Source of the DNA: Candidatus Aminicenantes bacterium | GTDB taxonomy: Bacteria > Acidobacteriota > Aminicenantia > Aminicenantales > Saccharicenantaceae | Direction: 5' to 3' | NCBI GenBank assembly: GCA_014360015.1 | Contig: JACIYJ010000004.1 | Span: 257,520 to 321,519, forward strand | Length of the DNA stretch: 64,000 bases | Part shown: in pieces, positions 56,988 to 64,000 of the stretch | Layout of the letters: every line of letters begins with the position of its first letter | How positions within the stretch are numbered: the stretch's first letter is position 1 | Translations under genes and position numbers: made by a program | The notes under the pieces: generated by a model | The model's database searches: none | Told to the model about the DNA's origin: nothing | Seen by the model: only the letters and a program-made list of their open reading frames with translations

Positions 56988-57328
56988 GCTGGATCTTAAA
57001 GGTCAGAGATAAATTTTCCGCTGCCCACTTTCTTCGGGAATATAAGGGAAAATGTGAGAAGCTTCATGGCCACACCTTTCAGGTCGAAGTGGAGATTATG
57101 GTAAAAGAGCTCGATCGGACCGGAATCGGCACTGATTTTACTGAAATCAAGAAAAAGCTGGCTGAAATCCTGCCCGACCATACCCTGCTCAATGAAGTTT
57201 ACGACTTCAATCCTTCGGCCGAGAACCTGGCCCGGGAGATTTATCGCCGGATGAAAGAATTTTATCCAGTCCGAAGCGTCACGGTCTGGGAGTCTGAGGA
57301 TGCCTCAGCCACCTATACTGAAGATTAG
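56984..57328 (+). CDS. queD: 6-carboxy-5,6,7,8-tetrahydropterin synthase QueD
   Basis: CEKLHGHTFQVEV with a Cys...His-x-His zinc triad, 114 aa. Its start overlaps the queC stop (ATGA). Confidence 0.85.
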   Translation: MSWILKVRDKFSAAHFLREYKGKCEKLHGHTFQVEVEIMVKELDRTGIGTDFTEIKKKLAEILPDHTLLNEVYDFNPSAENLAREIYRRMKEFYPVRSVTVWESEDASATYTED

Positions 57329-57929
57329 TGAGATTTTTTTCTCAGTCGAAGGCGAAGGCCTGAGGCAGGGAGAGCCAACCATCTTTATCCGCCTGGCCGG
57401 CTGTAATTTGCGCTGTCGGTTCTGTGATACCAAATATGCCTGGGAAGATGGCCAGAAGATACCGGAAGAGCTAATTCTTAGTAAAATAGTAGGGATTGGA
57501 AAAAAGTATCCGGCCACCTGGGTTTCGCTGACCGGTGGCGAGCCGCTGCTTCAGGATTTGAAATCCTTAGTTTCGAAGCTCAGAAAGACTGGCTTTAAAA
57601 TTCAGGTGGAAACCAATGGCACACAACCGGTGCCAGTGCGGGTTGACTGGCTGACTGTTTCTCCCAAACCGCCGGCTTATCAGGTGACCGACGATTGTCG
57701 CCACCAGGCTAAAGAAGTCAAACTGATAGTGACCAGAAGTTTGAAATTTAAAGACCTGAAAAAAGTCAGACAGGATTTCCCAGAAAAAGTGCCTATCCTA
57801 CTTCAGCCCGAGTCAAATGAAGGCTGGAGTTACAAAAAAGCCTGGCGATTGTTCCAACAGGCTGTAAAGGCGGATTTAAAAAACATCAGGTTGTCCTGCC
57901 AGCTCCATAAGATTTATGGCTTGAAATAG
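57300..57929 (+). CDS. queE: 7-carboxy-7-deazaguanine synthase QueE (radical SAM)
   Basis: ISEIFFSVEGEG is followed by the QueE-type Cys motif CNLRCRFCDTKYAW. Its 5' end overlaps queD by 29 nt. Confidence 0.85.
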   Translation: MPQPPILKISEIFFSVEGEGLRQGEPTIFIRLAGCNLRCRFCDTKYAWEDGQKIPEELILSKIVGIGKKYPATWVSLTGGEPLLQDLKSLVSKLRKTGFKIQVETNGTQPVPVRVDWLTVSPKPPAYQVTDDCRHQAKEVKLIVTRSLKFKDLKKVRQDFPEKVPILLQPESNEGWSYKKAWRLFQQAVKADLKNIRLSCQLHKIYGLK

Positions 57930-58986
57930 ATAATTTTTTAAAAAGGTGGTAGCCATTTCGAGTCAGATAAACGCCGACAAAAATCACCAGAGCGCTAAGG
58001 ATTTGAAGAGGAGTGATTTTATCTCCGAGGAAGATCACCGCCGTGAGCACCCCGAAAACCGGGGTCAGATTGCTGTAAACGCCGGTTCGGGCATTGCCGA
58101 CCCGCTTTACTGATTTATACCAGACGATAAAACCGAAGACCAGGGCTAAGGAGCCCGAATATATCAGGCCCAGCCAGCCGCCGAGAGAAACCTTAGAAAA
58201 GTCGGCCTTGGAAAAATCTTTCCAGGCAAAAGGAAGATAAAACAGCGTGCCGATGATGTTGGTCAGAGCAGCCAGTTTGGTCGGTGAAATATACTGGAGC
58301 ACGGGTCTGGCGAAAATCGTATAAAAAGCCCACATCAGCCCAGCCAGAAGAATTAGGAAAGCACCTGAAACCTCGGCACCATTGAGGTTAAACCCGTTGG
58401 CCCGGCCGAGGATAATGCCATAAAAGCCAACAAAAGATAGAATTATTCCCAGCCAGCCCGTCCAGCGGAGTCGGTCATAACCTAAGAGCGAGCTCAAGAC
58501 CGCGATAAAAATCGGGGTCATAGCATTGGCCATAGAAACCAAAGAAGCTGTAGTCCGGCTCAAGCCACCGATAAAAAAAAGTTGATAAAAAGTTATTCCA
58601 GTCAGGGCCAGGAATATGACTCTCGAAACATCCTGACGCCTGATATTCAGCCCTTCCCCAGTTCTCCAGAGGATGACAATATAGATCAAAGATGACAGGA
58701 AAAACCGAGCCAGATTAAAGGCGTGGGGAGAAAGCTGGGTAAAAGAAACCTTGATCACCGAGACATTGGCTCCCCAAACCATGGTGGTCAGGACCATCAG
58801 CACATCAGTCAAACCAAATCCCGGCGCCTGCTCGACAGTTAGGCTGGTTTTTTCGCTGGATGTTTCTTTATTGCTTGGGGAAATCGGGCTGGCTTCAGTC
58901 GACTCAGGTCTAGCCACAGAGTTTTCGGCTTCGGGTTCTTGATTTTTTATAGTTAAACCTTTCTCGTCCATCTTTTTTTTCGCCAC
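57886..58986 (-). CDS. EamA/DMT-family transporter (10 TM) with a Ser/Glu/Thr-rich N-terminal tail
   Basis: Two EamA repeats (5+5 TM) follow a roughly 70 aa hydrophilic N-terminus. The gene is embedded between queE and queF, and its end converges into queE by about 44 nt. Confidence 0.75.
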   Translation of the reverse strand: MAKKKMDEKGLTIKNQEPEAENSVARPESTEASPISPSNKETSSEKTSLTVEQAPGFGLTDVLMVLTTMVWGANVSVIKVSFTQLSPHAFNLARFFLSSLIYIVILWRTGEGLNIRRQDVSRVIFLALTGITFYQLFFIGGLSRTTASLVSMANAMTPIFIAVLSSLLGYDRLRWTGWLGIILSFVGFYGIILGRANGFNLNGAEVSGAFLILLAGLMWAFYTIFARPVLQYISPTKLAALTNIIGTLFYLPFAWKDFSKADFSKVSLGGWLGLIYSGSLALVFGFIVWYKSVKRVGNARTGVYSNLTPVFGVLTAVIFLGDKITPLQILSALVIFVGVYLTRNGYHLFKKLSISSHKSYGAGRTT

Positions 58987-59016
58987 TAATTAATAAATAA
59001 AAGGTGGGATTAAACC

Positions 59017-59439
59017 TCATTCCCCGCGGGGATAACGGGCTTCCACCGTGGATTTTATCCCGCCGCGGGGTGTGAATTCTCCCCTTACCAGGGCTTTTTT
59101 TGGTCTGCAGGCTTTAACCACATCTTCTAAGATGCGATTAACTGCGTTTTCATAAAAAATTCCCAGATTCCTGTAAGCTAAGATATACATTTTGAGCGAC
59201 TTGAGCTCAATCACCTGTTTATCAGGCACATACCAGATGGTTATTTTCCCGAAATCTGGAAGACCGGTCTTGGGACAGACTGAAGTATATTCAGGGATTT
59301 CAATGGTGATTTCGTAATCCGGGAACTGGTTGGGGAAAGTCTGAATTTCGGGCAGCCGGGCTTTGAGACCGGCCTTTGCTTCTTTTTCTGTATATTCTAA
59401 TTTTTTTTCCGCTTTTTTCTCAGTCATTTTTCTTCTCAT
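59017..59439 (-). CDS. queF: NADPH-dependent 7-cyano-7-deazaguanine reductase QueF (type I)
   Basis: EYTSVCPKTGLPDFGKITIWYVPD carries the catalytic Cys in a CPKTGxPDF context, and ELKSLKMYILAYRN is the QueF E(S/L)K(S/A)hK(L/Y)(Y/F/W) motif. Confidence 0.85.
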   Translation of the reverse strand: MRRKMTEKKAEKKLEYTEKEAKAGLKARLPEIQTFPNQFPDYEITIEIPEYTSVCPKTGLPDFGKITIWYVPDKQVIELKSLKMYILAYRNLGIFYENAVNRILEDVVKACRPKKALVRGEFTPRGGIKSTVEARYPRGE

Positions 59440-59597
59440 CTTATAATTTTAACCTGTTTGTTTTTAATAATAGCCCAAAACCCGGACTTCAGCAAGGAAT
59501 CGACCTGGGCAGTCAGTGGGCCGAAGAAAACCAGGCTGATTGAATTGAATCTGTAAAATTAAATATAATAAGCAATGTAAAGGGGAGTCAAGAGAAG

Positions 59598-61370
59598 ATG
59601 AAGCTGACCACACTTTTCCCTGAAAGCTCGCCTGAGCCGAAGCGTTCTCTGGCTCTTAAAATTCAGGACGCTTTCGCCTCTATAAAGCAGACTTTTGATA
59701 GCTTTACTGGAGCCTTATTGCTTTCGACCTTCAGCCATCTCCTGTTAATTTTTCTTCTCTCTCTAACAGCCGTTGTTTATTACCCGGCACCACCCGAAGC
59801 CAGAGGCTCATCTGACCTCAATCTTTTTGCCCGGGCTCTCGACGAGCTCACCAAGGAAAAAGGCCTGGAAGAGCAGCTGACTGAAGTCATCAACCATCTG
59901 CAAGAAGAACAATTGCCCGCTATTGCCGACAGTCTTCTGGTTCTGGATGATTCGATGACTGAGGCTGAAAAACTCGAGGTTTACAAGAAATTGCTCGAGG
60001 CCTATTTTTCCGGGGATTCCAGAATCTCTCTTTCCGGAAAAAGCCAGACTGGGGGCAGGTTTTCAGTCAACCCCGAAGAAAGCTTTGAAATCCGGAGTGG
60101 TGAAAAAATCTATCTCAGCCCATCAGCCAGTGACGAGGGCAAATTTGAACTGTATAAACTCGATAGCAGCACTTATCGCCAGCTAAAAAACTTTCAGCAG
60201 AGTGGAGGCTTTCAATCAAGCCCGAAAGTCGGACCAGGACAAATTGTGAAATTAAAAACTAAAACTCAGTTTGCCGAAGTCCCGGCTGAATATTATTACC
60301 GAACCTCTCCCTACGAAGAAATAATGGCCAAGGGAAGTATGAATTTTTCCATTGTCAAGGGCTTTGCTCCGATGGCCGAAGAAAAAACCGAAGAGAAAAA
60401 TGAAGAAAAGCTACCAGAAACGCAAGCCGAAGAGATTTTCCCGCAATCAGGCTTCAAAGTTATTTATTATGGCCAGCTTAAATTGCCGGAGCCGAAAATT
60501 TCAGCCTCAGAATCTAAAATTGATAAGAACAGAATTTTCAACCTGCCCAAAGACAGGTGGGAAGAAAAATTAGACGAGCTGATGGCTTATCCAGAAGAAG
60601 AGCAGTTTCGGATTTTTGAACAGGAATATCTGCAGAAATTTGACTGGAATTCTGCTGCTCTGGCTGAGTTTACCCGGAGTTTTATCAACTCTAACCTGAA
60701 CGGCGTCTTTCTTATTCACGACCCGTTTACCACAGCTTTTGACTCCTTGGAAGAACTCTTTTACAAAAAGCAGATTTTTGAAAGAATTGCAGCCTTAGTC
60801 GAAAAATACCCGCAGACCAGGGTGAGCGATGAGCTGCTTTTCTGCTTAGCTTCCTCCTACGATTTTGAAAAAAGGGTCATAGGATATCTCAACCGCGCCT
60901 ATCCTGAGGCCAGCGAGGTTTATCTTAAGAAAAGTCAGCTTGATTACGTCTTCAATTCCTTGGCCAAAGCCCTGACCATCAAGAATGTTTATGAAAAGCT
61001 CCTCGAGAGTCTTAAGCGAAAAGGTTTTTCTTCTATTGATGAGGCCCTAAGCAGATACATCGAACAGGAGTTAAAAATTTATGAGCAGCTGGCTGAACGA
61101 GGAGGGAAAACGAGAGCCCGGGCACTTTATGCCATAGGGCTGACTTACTGGGAGAAAGGAGACAAAGAGCGCGCTCTTAAAACCTGGCACCAGATTGAAG
61201 AGAAAGACTGCCCGGCTTCTCTGGTCAGGTTCGTCCGACTGCTTAAAGAAACGGCAGCCGATAGGCTCTTCCAAGAGATTGAGCTCGAGCTCAACTATGA
61301 ATCGTCTCGCAACAGTAAATACCTTTACCAGCGCTCCCTCACTTTCCATAAATGGTCCCGCCGCACTTAA
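59598..61370 (+). CDS. Hypothetical membrane-anchored protein with TPR-like C-terminal region
   Basis: A single N-terminal TM (LLLSTFSHLLLIFLLSLTAVVYY) is followed by about 540 aa of mostly helical sequence; the C-terminus has a TPR-like ALYAIGLTYWEKGDKERALKTW. No catalytic motif was recognised. Confidence 0.5.
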   Translation: MKLTTLFPESSPEPKRSLALKIQDAFASIKQTFDSFTGALLLSTFSHLLLIFLLSLTAVVYYPAPPEARGSSDLNLFARALDELTKEKGLEEQLTEVINHLQEEQLPAIADSLLVLDDSMTEAEKLEVYKKLLEAYFSGDSRISLSGKSQTGGRFSVNPEESFEIRSGEKIYLSPSASDEGKFELYKLDSSTYRQLKNFQQSGGFQSSPKVGPGQIVKLKTKTQFAEVPAEYYYRTSPYEEIMAKGSMNFSIVKGFAPMAEEKTEEKNEEKLPETQAEEIFPQSGFKVIYYGQLKLPEPKISASESKIDKNRIFNLPKDRWEEKLDELMAYPEEEQFRIFEQEYLQKFDWNSAALAEFTRSFINSNLNGVFLIHDPFTTAFDSLEELFYKKQIFERIAALVEKYPQTRVSDELLFCLASSYDFEKRVIGYLNRAYPEASEVYLKKSQLDYVFNSLAKALTIKNVYEKLLESLKRKGFSSIDEALSRYIEQELKIYEQLAERGGKTRARALYAIGLTYWEKGDKERALKTWHQIEEKDCPASLVRFVRLLKETAADRLFQEIELELNYESSRNSKYLYQRSLTFHKWSRRT

Positions 61371-61735
61371 ATTTTTAAACACCAAAGGCCAAATGATTAA
61401 ACTAACTGATGGCATTTTTTAAGGCATTTCAATATAATTTAAAAGGGAAAATTAAAATAACAAAAATTTATGCCAAAGATGATAAACTATTATATCTCAT
61501 TCGTCCTTATTTAATGGAGGATATATTTTGTCAAACCCACTCGAGCTCATTTTCGATGATAAAAATTTGGTTCTAAAAATACAAAGGCGTCTTCCGTTTT
61601 TATTTCAGCTGGCTGAAATAGAGAGTTCAAGGGCTGGTAAGACAGGCATGGAAGCGGGGTCTGTTCGAGACTTATTCTAATTAATTGGAAAAAATCAGAA
61701 ATAAATATAAGTCCATATAAAAGGTGGGTTGAGCT

Positions 61736-62695
61736 ATGGAAAGAAGACTAAAAATACCACCAACAAAACGAAGAATCGTCGGCACAAAAACCAGTTCTTT
61801 TGGTTCGCCTGGGCGCATAAATCACGATTCAACTAAATTTTACAGCAGCCGCTTATATGATGATCTACCCAAAGAAGAACCAGTTGATTATGTGGAAAAT
61901 CCGGTTGAAGCTGACTTATTAGATAAAATATTTTGTAAATCGAGCGAAAAGATGGACGAATTGCCCGAAAATAGTATTCATTTAATGGTCACCTCTCCGC
62001 CATATAATGTAGGCAAGGAATATGATCAAGACCTTTCTCTGTCTGAATATAGAGATTTTCTAAGGTGCGTCTGGAAAGAGGTTTATAGAGTGCTGGTTCC
62101 CGGCGGCCGGGCTTGCATTAATATTGCTAATCTTGGAAGGAAGCCCTATCTGCCACTACACATATTCATCATCAAAGATATGCTTGACCTTGGATTTTTG
62201 ATGAGAGGTGAAATAATATGGAATAAGGGCTCAAGCGTCAGCCCGTCCACGGCCTGGGGAACCTGGAAATCGGCTAAAAATCCTATACTTCGCGATATCC
62301 ATGAATATATTTTAGTTTTTTCCAAAAAATCCTTTACCAGAAAGCCCTCTCTCAATAGACGAAATACTATTTCGAAAGAAGAGTTTTTGGAATTTACCAA
62401 GAGCGTCTGGAATTTCCCGGCAGAATCAGCCACCAAGGTTGGCCATCCAGCTCCATTTCCCATCGAATTACCTTACAGGCTAATTCAACTTTATACCTTT
62501 GAAAACGAAGTTATCCTTGATCCTTTTATGGGCAGCGGACAGACCGCTATTGCTGCTTTAAAAACAAAGCGACACTATGTGGGATATGAAATCAACAAAG
62601 ATTATGTGCTTTTAGCCGAAAAACGGATAAAAGAGTTCTTGAACGAAATTTCCAGCCCGAAGTTAATCGATATCGATAAAAGAATCATGGAATAA
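61736..62695 (+). CDS. DNA methyltransferase, beta-class amino-MTase (N4-cytosine or N6-adenine)
   Basis: Motif IV TSPPYN precedes motif I (DPFMGSGQTAIAA) near the C-terminus, the beta-class arrangement (IV...I). The product falls in the PF01555 N-4/N-6 MTase family. Confidence 0.8.
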   Translation: MERRLKIPPTKRRIVGTKTSSFGSPGRINHDSTKFYSSRLYDDLPKEEPVDYVENPVEADLLDKIFCKSSEKMDELPENSIHLMVTSPPYNVGKEYDQDLSLSEYRDFLRCVWKEVYRVLVPGGRACINIANLGRKPYLPLHIFIIKDMLDLGFLMRGEIIWNKGSSVSPSTAWGTWKSAKNPILRDIHEYILVFSKKSFTRKPSLNRRNTISKEEFLEFTKSVWNFPAESATKVGHPAPFPIELPYRLIQLYTFENEVILDPFMGSGQTAIAALKTKRHYVGYEINKDYVLLAEKRIKEFLNEISSPKLIDIDKRIME

Positions 62696-62797
62696 AATCT
62701 CCTGACTAATATCTCATTTTCAGAATCAATTCACATCCTGAATGAATTAAGTTAGAATGTAAGTCAATACCAAAATCAAATTCTTTCGGGAGTGTGA

Positions 62798-63004
62798 TTG
62801 ATGAGAGAATGCCGGTCAGAAAAAAACCTCAAAAGATGTAATTGCTCCTGGGAGCCCTGCGAGCGCAAAGGAATCTGCTGTGAATGTCTCGCTTATCATT
62901 GGAGTCATCGAGAATTGCCAGCCTGTTTTTTCCCTGACGACATCGAAAAAACCTATGACCGCTCGCTCGAAAGATTCATCCAGGTTTATAAAAATATGAA
63001 ATAA
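62798..63004 (+). CDS. Small Cys-rich protein (8 Cys in 68 aa), probable metal-binding mini-protein
   Basis: [39 protein letters not shown]. The ORF is intact and sits 145 nt upstream of a radical-SAM gene on the same strand. Confidence 0.4.
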   Translation: MMRECRSEKNLKRCNCSWEPCERKGICCECLAYHWSHRELPACFFPDDIEKTYDRSLERFIQVYKNMK

Positions 63005-63148
63005 GTAGAAAATAAAAAAGGTTCAGGAAAAACCTGCTTTGGATAAACAGAATGACAGATAACCTGGCCTGGATAAAAGCAGAAAAAGATAAAATTACCT
63101 TAAGGTCAGGCTGTGGCAGGTTCTGGAAATAAAGTCAGGAGAAAAAAA

Positions 63149-64000
63149 ATGTCTGATATGAAAAAAGTCAAAAACTCAGTCAGGGCCCAGGCCAAAAAAC
63201 CAGGTGAGGTTGGAGAAGCAAGAGAACATAAAAGCCAGGAAAAAGAAGTAAAGATAAAGCCAAAAAAAAAATTTCAGTATCTATATGGGCCGGTGCCTTC
63301 CAGGCGCCTGGGCTATTCCTTAGGCGTTGATCTTTTGCCTTTTAAGACCTGCACCTTAAACTGCATTTACTGCCAGCTCGGCCCCACCCGAAAAAAGACT
63401 ATCAGGCGGAGTAGCTTTTTCTCTGAAAAACAAATCCTCGAAGAAATAAGAGAATTTTTAAAGACCGGAGCCAAAGTTGATTTCATCACTTTCTCCGGCT
63501 CGGGCGAGCCAACCCTTAATAAATCAATTGGACGGCTAATCAGAAAAATAAAAAAAATGACCAGCCTGCCAGTGGCTGTGCTCACCAACAGCACCCTTCT
63601 CACCCGACCTGAAGTCAGGAAAGACCTGATGGCGGCTGATGTAGTGGTGCCCTCTCTCGATGGGGTCACTCAGAAAGTTTTTGAGAAAGTTAATCGGCCG
63701 CATCCGTCTTTAAAAGCAGAAAAAATAACTGAGGGATTAATTAAATTCCGCCAGCAGTTTAAAGGTCAGATCTGGCTGGAAGTGATGTTAGTCAAAGGAG
63801 TGAATGACTCCGCCGCTCACCTCAAAAAACTCAAACAGGCGATTGAAAAAATCCATCCGGATAAAACTCATTTGAACACTGTGGTCAGGCCGCCGGCCGA
63901 AAAATCAGCTCAGCCCCTATCTCTTGATGAACTAAATAAAATCAAAGAATTTCTCGGTGAAAAGACCGAAGTGGTGGCCAGCTTCAGGAAAAAAGAGCAG
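63149..64000 (+). CDS. Radical-SAM enzyme (3'-partial, runs off window end), subfamily unassigned
   Basis: Translating from the ATG at 63149 gives a Lys-rich N-tail, then YLYGPVPSRRLGYSLGVDLLPFKTCTLNCIYCQLG (a CxxxCxxC motif) and FSGSGEPT (a GGE-like SAM motif). It is not in the ORF track because no stop occurs before base 64000. Confidence 0.7.
   Translation, partial: MSDMKKVKNSVRAQAKKPGEVGEAREHKSQEKEVKIKPKKKFQYLYGPVPSRRLGYSLGVDLLPFKTCTLNCIYCQLGPTRKKTIRRSSFFSEKQILEEIREFLKTGAKVDFITFSGSGEPTLNKSIGRLIRKIKKMTSLPVAVLTNSTLLTRPEVRKDLMAADVVVPSLDGVTQKVFEKVNRPHPSLKAEKITEGLIKFRQQFKGQIWLEVMLVKGVNDSAAHLKKLKQAIEKIHPDKTHLNTVVRPPAEKSAQPLSLDELNKIKEFLGEKTEVVASFRKKEQ

Noticed and set aside
61530-61679. 50-codon TTG-initiated frame upstream of the methyltransferase, as a possible controller protein or restriction enzyme
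   Set aside because: It is too short for a REase, has no HTH pattern for a C-protein, and no ATG start. It is kept only as a possible relic in a finding.

Overview
This 64 kb window is a bacterial chromosomal segment of about 48% GC with dense, mostly operonic coding. Several signatures suggest a deep-branching or candidate-phylum lineage: an archaeal-type SAM synthetase under a SAM-I riboswitch, a complete A/V-type ATPase operon, and an archaeal-like beta-amino-acid module. Recognisable content, in order along the window:
- an outer-membrane beta-barrel protein with a Q/E-rich tail, RNase PH, and two PAS/HD-GYP c-di-GMP phosphodiesterases (one at 2.3-3.7 kb, one divergent from pilB)
- a flotillin, then an aspartate-aminotransferase fused to an HprK-like P-loop domain
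- two tandem amidohydrolases, a DUF234 gene fragment, and PlsC
- a roughly 6 kb AT-rich island with cell-envelope glycan genes: an SDR epimerase, a GT-C-like membrane protein, a UDP-galactopyranose-mutase-like flavoprotein, and an LtaS-like phosphotransferase
- a type IV pilus locus (pilB-pilT-pilC-pilS-pilR plus a pilin carrying a textbook sigma-54 -24/-12 promoter)
- tRNA-Arg(TCT) and tRNA-Pro(TGG), mutL, and a MiaB/MtaB-family methylthiotransferase
- purE-purD, a glyA-like gene, rpiB, an S41 protease, tatAC, and a nucleotide-kinase/dCMP-deaminase pair
- a large membrane-anchored MurQ/GCKR-like protein
- the V-ATPase operon (H-I-K-E-C-F-A-B-D order)
- a queuosine cluster (queC-queD-queE, an embedded EamA transporter, queF)
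- at the 3' end, an unpartnered beta-class DNA methyltransferase, a Cys-rich mini-protein, and a partial radical-SAM gene

The best candidate for an undescribed system is a tight four-gene operon at 43.2-46.9 kb. It combines a KamA-family 2,3-aminomutase, a GNAT acetyltransferase, and two Ddl-like ATP-grasp ligases, and may make a beta-amino-acid-derived compound. The aminotransferase-HprK-like fusion is the second candidate. No CRISPR array, transposase or integrase was seen.
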